A stretch of DNA of 64,000 bases. It comes from Eledone cirrhosa (Eukaryota). Below the pieces are notes generated by a model, which saw only the letters and a list, made by a program, of their open reading frames with translations, was not told the origin of the DNA and did no database searches. Below are positions 13,234 through 26,007 of the stretch, one piece after another. The position numbers were made by a program, and so were the translations under genes. Each line of letters starts with the position of its first letter. The stretch's first letter is position 1. The stretch is taken from assembly GCA_964016885.1 (NCBI GenBank), contig OZ024743.1, positions 230,144,001 through 230,208,000 on the forward strand. Reading direction: 5' to 3'.

Positions 13234-13760
13234 TCATAGTTGTGTGTTGTTATTATTGTTATTATGGTGGTTGTTGTTGTTCCTATCATTAGCATTATTA
13301 TTATTGTTATGATTGCTAGATGTATTGTTGCTGTGATTGTTAGATGTATTGTTGTTGTTTTCTCCACCGTAATTGTTGTTGTTACTGTTATTTCTACCAT
13401 TGTGGTTGTTACTTTTATTATGTTTCTTGTTTTTGTTGTTGTTGTGTCTATCATTAATGTTGCTACATGTATTATTTCTATTATTACCACTGTGGTTGTT
13501 GTTGTTGTTACTCGTATTATTACCATTATTACTACTGTGGTCGCTGCTGCTGTGTCTGTCGTTAATGTTTCTATTATTATTAATATTGTGGTTGTTGTTC
13601 TGTCTATCTTTAATATTATTACCATTATTACTATTTCTCACTCTCCTGCTATTGTTATTGTTATGACTATTACTATTATAGCTGTTATTTCTATACTCAG
13701 AGTTATTGTTTATATTAGTACTATCGTTATTATTGTTGTTGTTGTCCGTAAAGTTTTGTT
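13234..13760 (-). repeat. (AAC/AAT)n Asn-rich low-complexity tract inside the PLE coding region
   Basis: Open frame 13234-13824 is rich in N/S/H and lies between the PLE N-terminus and the RT. Confidence 0.8.
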
Positions 13761-14684
13761 CTTGTTGTTTACTTTTGCATTCCAACGTATTTTTGTGAAA
13801 CACTATTCCAGCTACGTTTTGCACCCGATAGAGTTAATCTTTTTGTAGATAGCACATGTTGATGGTAGCTACAGGATTTGTTGTTCTTGTTCACTGATTA
13901 AAGCGTTCCCATAAATATTTACTGTGTGGTCATTGGTAAATTCTTCCGGTAGTTCTACATCAGTCATACGGATATTGTTGATGTTATCTGGGTACTTTTG
14001 TGAATATTCTATTTTTCTTTCTTCTTGTTTTTTTTTTAATCATCCATTCTAATTTCTTATTGAAATGCCTATTGCATTCGTTTCGAGCGTATTTCGTTTC
14101 ACGTCGAATGACGCTCATGAGTTCATCCCTCTCGTTCGGTGTGGTGAGATTTCGAACTACCTTACCGTTAATGCGTTTCTGTTTGTAAAGTTCGTTAACT
14201 TTTGTGTATGTTGTTCTTTTCATAGTAACTGTTATTGTGTGATTTAGTCGTTCAGCTTGTGTTTTGTTCAGTAATAAATTATTTACTTGTTTTGATGTTT
14301 GTTCTGTATATTTTGAAGGAAACAGTGTTTTAAGAAGCGGATTTGTTCTGTTGTTATTGTGGTTTTTATATAACAGAAAACAGTGTCTTTCAATAACTGT
14401 TCAGCTTGGCACAAGTTAATGCCGTAGCGGCGATGAATTAGTTTTGCGAGGTTTTTGATATGAAATCGTGTGTCGAAACAAATATTGTTATACTTGGGGA
14501 GGGTCTTTTTTGTGTAATAATATTGCCAGAATTAATAACAAAACACACTCACTCTTTGGTTGGTTTTCGCTTCTGTGTCTTTTATATCGGTTAATTTAAT
14601 TTATTCGGTCCTCAATGTTACCATTGACTGACCAACGGTCAAAAATACAAATACAATATAGACACAAACACATGTATATAGTCT

Positions 14685-14726
14685 AACAAAGTTCTTTCGT
14701 TGCACATCTGCAACATCGTCAGTGGT
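14685..14726 (-). ncRNA. Hammerhead ribozyme in the 5' pLTR
   Basis: Same motif as 10549-10590 with one stem I change. Confidence 0.75.
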
Positions 14727-15325
14727 GCTATTATGTTTCCTCCCGCCATCTTTATTTAGTCTGTTCATTTATTTATTTATTTATTTATTTATAAGACACA
14801 GAAGCGAAAACCAACCAAACAGTGAGTGTGTTCTGTTAATATTATTACACAATTCTGGCAATACTATTACACAAATATGACCCTCCCCAAGTATAACAAT
14901 ATTTGTTTCGACACACGATTTCATATCAAAAACTTCGCAAAACTAATATATATATAAGAGAGTATTGAAGTTTGCTTGAAGCATTGTGGAATAATAGGTA
15001 CATATCTTTAAGTCGTTTGGAAGCCTCGACAATGCAAATGGGTAAATCTCCGGGTAACAAGATCCGGTGGTGGAGAGAGAGATCTAAGTGGGTGTACGTT
15101 GAGATGCGTGGCGTGTATAAGACGTGTAGAGGAATGAAGGAAAGAGTATAAAGGATAAAATAAAAATAACAACACGAGAGAGAGTTACCTTGGGAGAGAT
15201 TTAATTGTCCCTATATATTTCGGATTCACATCCATCAACTGGGTTTTTTTCCGGGGTGGGGGAAAGGTTGTCTGTCGGAAAGGTGCGAAACGCGTCCTCC
15301 GCTGTTTGTTGTTTTGAATATCCGA

Positions 15326-15699
15326 GCCAGAATTAATAACAGAACACACTCACCACTCACTGTCTGGTTGGTTTTCGCTTCTGTATCTTTTATATCAGTT
15401 AATTTATTCGGTCCTCAATGTTTACCATTGACTGACCAACGGTCAAAAATACAAATATAATATAGACAAAAACACATATATATAGTCTAACAAAGTTCTT
15501 TCGCTGCACATCTGCAACATCGTATGTGGTGCTATTATGTTTTCTCCTGTTGTATTGTATCTCTACGCCATCTTTATTTAATCTGTTTATTTATTTATTT
15601 ATTTATTTATTTATTTTGTCTTCTTCTCTGCGCATGCGTTTGTGAGTGTGTTTTGTTATTAATTCTGACAATATTATTACAACAATATGACCCTCCCCA

Positions 15700-15706
<7 letters not shown>
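15326..15706 (-). mobile_element. Solo pLTR of the same PLE family with an inverted terminal piece; HHR core damaged
   Basis: Matches 10390-10705. 15650-15706 is the inverted 3' end. tcgtcag is changed to tcgtatg. Confidence 0.8.
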
Positions 15707-15770
<64 letters not shown>

Positions 15771-15775
<5 letters not shown>

Positions 15776-15979
15776 CAGAATAATAATAAATGAAGATATT
15801 CACATAATCAAAATATATGCTTTATTATATATATTTCGAAGGTACTGAGCTGTTTTTTCAGTACGTCCTCGTCAGATAAAATTCATGATTTGATGTATGA
15901 CATACCTCGACGGTCTTGATTGTTTCAATTCCAGTATTTTGATTATGTGAATGTCTTCATTTATTATTATTATGAATAA
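15771..15979. repeat. Fold-back PLE-end fragment (arms ~15771-15815 / 15935-15979)
   Basis: aataataaatgaagatattcacataatcaaaata versus tattttgattatgtgaatgtcttcatttattatt. Confidence 0.75.
15821..15880 (-). ncRNA. Hammerhead ribozyme, canonical core
   Basis: Minus strand: tttat-CTGACGA-ggacgtactga..tcagtaccttc-GAAA-tatata-TA-ataaa. Confidence 0.8.
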
Positions 15980-16078
15980 TAATAACTCCAGAAAACGTTT
16001 TGTCTCTTTTAATCTATTGTAAAACTATATTCATTGTGTAATCAATGAACCATATTAATCTTTGGTCATATATATATA

Positions 16079-16138
<60 letters not shown>

Positions 16139-17530
16139 GTGTATATATATATATATATATATACGTATATATTAGTCTACTACTCCACTCCGTATTCCAG
16201 CCGACAGGCTTGGAGTAGGCTGGTGCATCGCCATCGATGCTAAACTTTCTGACAAAATCCTGCGGGAATTCCCGGATAAACTCGAAAAGAAAATAAAGTG
16301 ATGGTTGTTGATCTGACATTGATTTAGTAAAACAATATAAAGTTGACCCGAGGTATAAAGTACATAAAATATGATGACCCAAATGGCTTAGGTGATGATC
16401 GAGGGTCGCAGTTTACATTGTTCCCATTTGAAGGGGTGTAGTATATTGTGGAAGCTGGCATTCAAATTGGAAAGGTATGTAGAGAGGTAATTAAAGAACT
16501 GAAGAGAGTAACGTTAAACGATTCCTTACGGGTGTGGCAACATTATTTAAATGAAGAACAATGTCCTTGAGCAGGAAACAGTAGCAAAAATTAAACATCA
16601 AACGAGATGATCATACACCCTAAATAATGGGAGTGTGTACAACAATAACACGATACTGGTGATAACGGAAGAGTTAACGATGAAACCCTTGCTACAATGT
16701 GGACCAGTGCCTTATAGCATCAGCATCGTTTGTTGGATGGCACGGTACAGTCGGATGTTGACAAAATCGATATCTCCATCAACAATGGATAAAGGGAATG
16801 TCCCTCCCCCACCAGTGCAAATTGTGTGATGTATAATATATATATTTGAATTTTCAATGTATATTGGCTTATTGTAAGTAGCTACAATTCTGGATGAACG
16901 TTAAAAGGAACGAACAAAATACGCCAAATATTAGCTTAACTGTCAACAGTATATGAATTTTTCATACAGTACCCGTTTACTGTATTTATTAGAAAATCCT
17001 ATGAAAAAGTACAAACACACACGACATATCTCCCTGTTGTTGTTCATGCTTACGTATTCTAAAATAAGGGATGCAGTTTTGTGTAACTTTGCACAACCTG
17101 TTTAGATTTTGTTTGTATTTTTATATAAAGTATATTTCCTTCCTAATTCGCTGTTGTTCTGCAAATTGGCAGGTTTCACACTCCGTTGTTCTTTATATGT
17201 TGAATAAGAGGAATTTTTCTTGTGTAGGTTTCCTTAATTTTTTTAAGATGCCCTGTCTCCTCTGTCCATGACAAATATTACATATAATAATTAAATTGTG
17301 TGACATGCAAACATTTCTTTTTTAAAGGCCACTTATGGATTTAAAATGCGAGACCTTGTAATAGATAGCTGCATGTTCCATAGTTAAGTCGATTGTATTT
17401 CCTTATTTCAGCATAATTAATCACGGTATTTAGCTTTGTATTCGTGAGTAGCTGATTCACTGACTAATTTCTTTTATTAAAATGAGATATTTCTGTAAGA
17501 GTTTTTACATTATTGTTTGTCCTTTTGTAG

Positions 17531-17594
17531 AATACGGCAGGCCTATGATGACTCCGGCCTCATGGAGCAAGCGGAAGAAGAAGAAGTCGAATAG
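17531..17594 (+). CDS. Possible terminal coding exon of an unidentified host gene (IRQAYDDSGLMEQAEEEEVE*)
   Basis: A pyrimidine tract and AG acceptor (ttgtccttttgtag) precede a higher-GC, codon-like 64 nt ending in TAG, within otherwise unique AT-rich DNA. Confidence 0.3.
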
Positions 17595-17746
17595 TTAGGT
17601 TTAGTTGTATGTGTGCGTATATTTCGATGTTATTTGGATTAAAAGTTGAAATATATGGTAAAATCTTTTCTTTATATTTCTTTCTTGGAATTCCTGGATG
17701 TCAATTCGTTTTGTTTTACCATTATTGATTAAAGTCTGAGGATATT

Positions 17747-17782
<36 letters not shown>

Positions 17783-18666
17783 CATGCATAATTATAAAGA
17801 GAGGGGAAGATAGAGCATAAGATGGAAATAGATCGGGAGAGATAAGCATCATCTCAGACATCGCTCTTTTCTTTTACTGAAGTGGACTAATACAGAGATG
17901 ATTTACGTGTCTTTGCAAAAATAAAGAAAGAAGGAAAGAAATATCTAAATAAATAAATGAACTAGAACGTAGAAGGAAATAATCGAAAAATAAACATACG
18001 TCACATTAAATAAACTCTTCGATTAGTAGCGTCGATATTATTGACTTAGATATTTACAAAGCTTTGTTTAAATGCCAAACGTTTGTTGTTTTATCTTTAT
18101 CAACGTTATGTCTCTTACATTTAATCTACTCAATACTAATGAAAATGTCACAGGTTTGATGTGACTTCTGTCTGGTACGAATAATTTATTATTTTTAGTG
18201 GTTGAATTTCTGGAGCGTGGAATCTCACGGTATTTGTACCGGCTTTACGGTTTGAGTTCAAATCTCGTCGAGTTCAAATTTGCCTTTTATTGTTTCGGGA
18301 CGGATAATAAATGTACACGTCAAGAATATGTTCATGTTTTAAGTAAAGAATTATTAACAGGACAGTTGAATAGGGAAATAGTTTGAGAGTCAGATAAAAC
18401 TGGATTTTCGTTTATATAATTACGATCTTTCGAATCTTTTGAAACAAATCCACTAGGATTAACGTTACTTGTCATCTATCCGAATGTAAAATGACCGTAT
18501 CACTCTTCTTGAATTAATATATGTTTACCGTTATATGAATGTAACGCATGATTGAGATCGAATTAAGAATATTTGAGGATGTAAGATCTTAATATATTTT
18601 AAGGAAATGGTACACATAAACACATACAAACACACACACACATATACACAGACACACATTCACGCG

Positions 18667-18721
<55 letters not shown>

Positions 18722-18723
<2 letters not shown>

Positions 18724-18912
18724 AAGGACTTGTGGTAAGGTACCAGATGGACCATAACGCAGCAGAGTACTCAATACTTAGGGTAGTAGAGTGGGTAATA
18801 GGAAAAAATATGACCCCGACGGCAGAGCTCAAGCCGTTTCGACGGCTATTTCTGGACTGAAATAGCCGTCGAAACGGCTTGAGCTCTGCCGTCAGGGTCA
18901 TACTTTTTTCCT
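18722..18912. mobile_element. Short TA-associated element with terminal palindrome; relatives at 31193-31335 and 60522-60740
   Basis: Arms 18800-18851 / 18858-18912 around tggact. Body gtggtaagg.accagatggaccataacgca is shared by all three copies. Confidence 0.75.
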
Positions 18913-18926
18913 ATATATATATATAT

Positions 18927-19264
18927 ATTTCTAGGGTACCAGTGTAGTTTGGTGGCAGAAAAGCAGAAGTGCTGTTTAATCGATATATTGTGCCTCAATT
19001 CCATGCATCCAACAGTGCTTTCATGAATGTGTATCATGTGTTTGCTTATATATATATGTATATATATATACTTTTTCCTATATATATATATATATATATA
19101 TATATAGGAAAAAGTATATATATATATATACATATATATATAAGCAAACACATGATACACATTCATGAAAGCACTGTTGGATGCATGGAATTGAGGCACA
19201 ATTATATCGATTAAACAGCACTTCTGCTTTTCTGCCACCAAACTACACTGGTACCCTAGAAATA
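18927..19264. repeat. Near-perfect ~340-bp palindrome centred on (TA)n
   Basis: tatttctagggtaccagtgtag... is mirrored by ...ctacactggtaccctagaaata, with about one indel between arms. Confidence 0.9.
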
Positions 19265-20543
19265 TTTTTTTATCAAATAATTCACCACCAATTAATTCTA
19301 ATAATTAACATAGTGAAATATCATACAACAATTTTGTGTATATGACAAAATATAGGTACTAAAATATGAAGAACTAAGTCGAATTATATAAGAAATGTTG
19401 TGTACTAATTTGGAATCCCCAACCAAATAATCAACAGGCTTGTTGTTGAGAAGGAATAATTTACCTATTGCATGTGCCAGAAATAGTGATGGGCTGAGTG
19501 ACTGACGAATTATTTTTGAAAAAATCATATAAATTTGAAGGTAGATGGGTGTGAATAGCCCTCAAATTATTTCTACAGATTAATTTAACTCTTTTGCTAC
19601 TAACTTGGCTGTCACCGCCCCAGGTTCTATGACAATGTGTTTATTCATATATTTAAAACGTTTCATCATTATTATAAGCAAAATATTCTGGAAGTGCATT
19701 TCATTAGAAATATACGAATGAGGTTAAAAATGTAACAGTCGCAAGCCTCTCACTATGTGATCGTGTTAGAATGCAGAACCTGTTTCTGACGAATATATTA
19801 AGACTGCTGCCTTATGTAACAGATATTCGAGTAACTTGTGTAAAAAATCGTATCATTTTCATATCTTGCTAATAAAAATATGTGTACCGTTATATACACG
19901 TAACGCATCATTAAGATTGAATTGGAAATGTATAATATGGTAAGAAGATTATATGTATTTTAAGCAAATTGTTACATAGTTTTATTTATGACTGCTGTGT
20001 ATGTATATTTGTGTATCATGTACAAGAAAACGATTAATACATTTAAACTACATATGTGTTCTTATATCATTTTCCGCAATAAAGATGATACTTCTGTTTT
20101 CATAAATGATTCCAAATATAATATAATTAAAATATTTTAAAAAAACATTAATTTATATATCACACTGAAACTTCATTAACAAGAACAGCTTCCATTTTTA
20201 CGTGTGTATATTATAGGTTATTAAACACGTGAAGACTTTTAAGTGTTTTCTTGCGTGAATAAACATAAATATGTTTTCACCGCATAGCAATGATTAGTGA
20301 CATATTTTCAAATATTTGTTTCTGTCAAACGATCAACTCTTTATCTACTGTTGACTGTTATTGTATATATTGTCACTAAGCTTTCTTAATTCAATCATTT
20401 AAAAAACCAGATTTGTGTTTCCAAAATCTTCAACTTCTAACACACACGCACAAAGACAAACCCACATATACATACCCCCCCCCCCCCCACAAAAACACAG
20501 ACACATACACACACACACGCACACACACACACACGCACACATT

Positions 20544-20612
<69 letters not shown>

Positions 20613-22877
20613 GCTTATTTATATATATATATGCCTACATAATTCAGTTGTCCTCAATAATCACTTAATCAATGTTAACATTTTAATACATTCAAACTTG
20701 ATGACATGAAATCACTTCCTGGATGATAATTCAATTGGCAGACTACGTCATCCACCACACCCAACTAAGCCTTTATATATTTATTCAATATTTATATATT
20801 TTTTTGAGGAGGAAGAGACAGTATTGTTTGTACTTAGTAATCTCAACTAAATAGAGAAATTATGCTAACGATATATGGTAACGAATAATATGTTTCAGTA
20901 TTAAAGATACTTGTCAGTTAAAATAGTTGTGTTTATTGTTGTTTATTTGCAGATAGACCTCGATGAAGTCGACCTGTGATCAAAGTCACTATGTCCCGGA
21001 CCCTTATGTTTTTCTACAGCTTATCTCGGACATTCTTATCTATTATGTACTTCATTTTTATTAAGATAGAATTGCCTGTTATTTATAATAAGTTTTACGA
21101 TGACAGATAGACTTCGTTGATACGCAGTATGCTTTTAGTTGAAGTTATAGATTGTAGCAGTTAAAGCTAACAGCCTATATTGAAATGAGAAAAATGAAAT
21201 TTACAACTCATAACTCTGCAGGTTTCACTAGCCTCTTACGATGTTGCATTTCACGGTTTCCCGGGTGTTTTAATGATAAAGAACCGAGACGTATCATGCA
21301 AGTTCTATGTACTGAAACGACAATGTTAAGTGCGTGAGTCCAACAATTCCATTCTAACTGGATTCGTATCTCTACTAGTTAATGTGACTGATTACAGCCG
21401 ATGAATTGTGTGTGTATCCTTGTTTAACGTCAAGCCAGTTCCTAATCTGCAGAAATATGTTCAAATGTCTTCTAATCATATTCATTCCATTTTTTCAGCT
21501 TTTCTATATATAGAGCTAAATTATCCAATAATGCTGAAGTGTGAAGAAAGATATGGAAGTTGTTTCTGCAAGCATTTGAGGCCATGTAGAAGTCTCCTCG
21601 TTGATTCGTATATTGATAATATATTTGTACACATTTTCTTTTTAATTTACGAGAAATGAAGTAATTGGATATTTCGATAGTAAATACATTTCTTCTAACT
21701 TCCATGTAGCGGCGTAGTGTTACTGAAAATACGTTCCAATCTTATTTATTTTCTTCTTTGCTCTTTTTCTAATACAATTTCGGTCATACTGGAGTAACAC
21801 TTTCAAGACCTTTAATTTATTATACCAACCCAAGTACTTTGTCTGCTCCTTATATCATGTATCGTGTAAGATACAAACCAGACATTATCATAAGAGGTGA
21901 TGACACTAATGGACATAGTAAAACATCGGGTAACATAGTAAAACATCGGATAAACATTTCTTTCAGTAATTTTCCAGGGCATCTTCACTGGGTTCAAAAG
22001 TCACTGGGATTAAATTTAAACTTCATTAAGTTGGGTCGATGAATAAATATAAGTTGATGTGTTGGAAGAATTGTTTGAAAGTTGGGTAAAATAATGTTTT
22101 CTACTCCGTTAATACAGACAAACGATACGATTTTGTGTAGAATACTAAAAAGTAAATAGTTTTAATAGAGCTATATTTTCTTTCTTGAACATTATCTGTT
22201 TTGATAGAAAAAGTATTTTTTTCTTTTTTAATTCTTAATTTCTATATGTCAGTGGTAAATATATTTTGGAAATTATTAGTGTACTTACTAAAACGACGGT
22301 TACGTATATCGAAGTGATCTGATTTAAAAGGTTTAAAATAATTACCTCTTTCAGAATCATACTTCTATTAAAACGTACTATATTAATGACGATTTTAAAG
22401 GAATTTCTTAAAATTATAATTTAATTTATTATTAAGAGGGTATTTATAACATAAGAAAACATACTTATATCAAATTTTGTCGGAAAATTTTAATTTAAAT
22501 AGGTGATAGGTGATTTTATTTTATAAACCAAAGCCAGATTGTAGTGGATTTGAATCAAAAGGGCTCATTTCTGGTCAGCTGGCTCTTGATTGATGGTATA
22601 GTTGTCTGTAGTTACTACTATCGTAGCATAATTGTAGAAGAAAACTTTCTACCGCATGCACTTGTGTGGGATTATTTTCATAGACAATGAAAATTGTATG
22701 ACGTTATAGTTCATCATGAAAAACGTTTTACTAAACTGTGAAAGATCACCAATCATACGATGTAGGGTGTTATATGACTCAAGAATAAGTTCTTATAGTG
22801 GATAGGATTTAATGTAGTATACAAGTGTTATATTACACATCGGTGTACTTTACACAATAACTTGTACCACGAGTGCA

Positions 22878-23200
22878 CGTGACGTAGTAGTTACGGTGTT
22901 CTGCTAATCGAGTTTGTGATTTCGATTACCGGCCTCGTGTTGTGTCCGTGAGCAAGCCAATTTACTTTCGGTTATGCTAGTCCAAACTGAGTTATACAAG
23001 TAATGTAGAAGGTCAGACTTGTCACACACTATGTCATGCTGAATCTTCTCAATAACTACTTTGAAGGAATACGTATCTGTGGAATGCTCAACATAGTACT
23101 CATTAAATTCGTGAGTAGGTTATTTCTTTGTTCAAACAACTGGAACATGCTTCATAAGGAGCGGCGGAAATTCAACACGCAACTGCTAAAAATGTTATGG
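22878..23200 (+). mobile_element. Old tRNA-derived CORE-like SINE; relatives ~49495-49790, ~51440-51730, ~58215-58470
   Basis: A-box-like gtgac.tagtggtta, B-box-like ttcgatt, then gtgttgtgtc..tgagcaag.cac..ta.ttc, shared by four diverged copies. Confidence 0.5.
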
Positions 23201-23243
23201 CTGCAGCAGGCTGCTACTATAACCGTTTTAACGTTTGATCCCA

Positions 23244-23275
<32 letters not shown>

Positions 23276-24247
23276 TTTGTAGATTTAGAGTTAATTTAGC
23301 AGAACCCTACCAAATATACTCACAAACACACTCAAAGACACACACACACACATAGACACACATACACACACACACACACATACACACAATTGGTAGATTT
23401 AAAGTTAATTAACAAAATCCTAGTAAATATACTTAACATTTTTCAATGCAAGTTACATTTCAACAGATGACTCCGGTATTTTTTTCCATTTGCGCTTTCA
23501 TGTGTTATTTATTTGTTTGTTTGTTTATTTATTAACAAATAATTACCAGAAAATGGAAATTTGTAGGCCGATGTATATGAGACATTTCCATATTTCTGGA
23601 GAAAATTCTTTATTTTATTTCATTTGTATATTTATTAACTCACCACCCACTACCACACACACGCACGTACACATATCTGACTTTGAAACGTTCTAAAAAA
23701 ATAAATAATAAAATATGTGAAACAAATCCCAAAATATATTAACAAGTAATTGGTAAAAATAGGAAGTAATTTTTTTTCGCTTTTCATATAAATATATGTG
23801 TCTATAAATGTCACAGTCGTTCACTCAATATATATGTATATGTATATGATGTGTGTGTATGTGTGTGTGTGTGTGTGTGTGTGTAACCCCATACTTACTT
23901 AATAAAGGCAGATGGAGTAAGAGAGAGAGTGAGAAAGAGACAGAGAGAGAGAGGGAGAGAGAGAGAGAGTTAATAACTTGTTTATATATGTATGTAAATC
24001 TAGTCCAAACTGTGATTTTAGGAATTAAGGTTCTTAATTTTCCATAAACACTAAATGGAATATGAACTATCAAGATGGATGCCACTCCTCGGGGCAAACG
24101 TATTCACTAATCATTTAATTTAGTCATTCCTTGATTTTACTTCCTTTAGAATAAATATTCGCTTTGCTTTCCTTTAGTATGGTGAATTGGCTGAGTCATT
24201 AGAACGTCAGATCGAATGCTATATGATGTTTGTTCGGACTCTCTGCA

Positions 24248-24935
24248 CTCGAGTAGGAGAGAGAGATGAGAGGGGGTAATTCATGTATATAAGAAAAAGG
24301 ATTAGGTAGGGTGTAGGGGAGGTAACTCTTTAGAGAACGTAGTTTTAGTTTAGTCATTAACAAATTCCAAACTCTACATAATGGACTAAACTAAAACTGG
24401 AACGAACAATGAATCAAAGCCCCCAAATCCTACGTTCTCTAAAGAGTTACCTCCCTCACACCCTACCTAATCCTTTTTTTATATAAATGAATTACCCCCT
24501 CTCATCTTTCTCTCTCTCTCCTACCCGAGTACCTTGAATTACCTCCCCCTGAATATTAACTATCTAAAAAGGGAAAACATATCCAACCCCAGACTACCAT
24601 TTGTCTTCATCATGGATCAACTAAGCGCTCTTGCCATAATAACACTTTCTGAACTGCTTATCCTCAAGAACTATGCCTGTAAATAATATTATTCTTTCTT
24701 TCCCATTACCTAACATGTTCCACTTTACCCTCTTTTTTTTTTTTTTCTTTTTACTTCAAAAACCTTGTTTGTAAATAATAATATTCTTTCTTTCCCATTT
24801 CCTTAACATGTTCAACATCACCTTATCTTCTCTCCTACATTTTATACTAATACAAATTTCCCCCTTTGATAATGCATAAAATGCTGAAACCCGTAATTGA
24901 CAATTATTAAATATATAAATAAATAAATAAATAAA
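24248..24935 (+). mobile_element. 5'-truncated PLE 3' end with inverted 5' segment
   Basis: 24354-24395 encodes VINKFQTLHNGLN*, a GIY-YIG C-terminus. Arms 24248-24342 / 24430-24530. Decayed HHR TTGATAA-tgcat aaa atgct-GAAA-cccg-TA at 24866-24895, then (TAAA)n. Confidence 0.7.
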
Positions 24936-25148
24936 TGCTATTGTTAATTAATAAATAAATTAACTAATACCTTAACACTTCACACAAAGTAAAATATTTT
25001 GTTTTAAACATGTTCTAACCCAGAAAAAAGAGAAAAAGAAATAAAGGAAAACAAATATTTATCTTCCTAATAATCGTCTTTTTCTCCCTATTTACATATA
25101 CATATTTATATATATATTTCTACTGGTGTGCTCCTTCTCCATATTTTA

Positions 25149-25211
<63 letters not shown>

Positions 25212-25212
25212 G

Positions 25213-25284
<72 letters not shown>

Positions 25285-25823
25285 GCGTGTGTGTTTCAAA
25301 TGTTGTCCCTGGATTTAACTAACTCTCCCTCTTTCTTTTGTATATAGCTGTCACCTTCTTCGTGGTTGCCCCTGCAGTATTTAGTCCTCTACTCCTTGTC
25401 GCTACTCTCCTTCATATAATGTTATCACCAATTACATGCAAAGCTTATTGTAGTTGGTTTATCTGAGCATCTGCCATTTTTAATTCTGTAGCCTGATAGA
25501 AAAAAAACACCACCTCTGTTCCTTTTGGGAACTTGCATATATGCTTGTAACAAAGCCAATTCGATTATGGTGTAAAAAAAGTTAACTAAATATAGCAACG
25601 CATTTGTTTTCGATGGATATCGATCATTGTCGACGTATTAATGACGATGACAACGGTGATGATTATGACGATGTCGGAAAAGATGATGGTACCTTTGCAG
25701 CTAATACGGATGATGATCGTAACTAAAGCAAAACGAAGTCGTGGTGAGATGGAGGAAATGGTTGAACAGTGGATGAGAGAAGAAATGGAAGAAAAAGAAG
25801 AAAAAGAGAATTTGTAGAGGATA

Positions 25824-25890
<67 letters not shown>

Positions 25891-25938
25891 GGTGGTGGTG
25901 GTGGTGGTGGTGGTGATGGTGGTGGTGGTGGTGGTAGC

Positions 25939-25996
<58 letters not shown>

Positions 25997-26007
25997 ATAG
26001 TAGTAGT
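25824..26007. repeat. (TAG)n/(TGG)n compound microsatellite
   Basis: Direct inspection. Confidence 0.95.

Larger units (their letters stand above)
10348..14946 (-). mobile_element. Full-length Penelope-like element (C-terminal GIY-YIG, Nematis-like) with pLTRs and an inverted 5' segment
   Basis: RT: PPLYGLRKDHK, PTRPVCGA, SMDVVSLYPSI, YSRYVDDI. Endonuclease: CKTRNAVYCIRC, YIGETARSIGERI..H. pLTR 10348-10670 is directly repeated at 14485-14790; 14793-14946 is an inverted copy. Multiple frameshifts. Confidence 0.92.

Noticed and set aside
15214-15245. HHR-like motif on the minus strand (cagttga-t-ggat gtga atcc-GAAA-tata-TA-ggg)
   Set aside because: Core has two mismatches; probably a decayed HHR but not counted.
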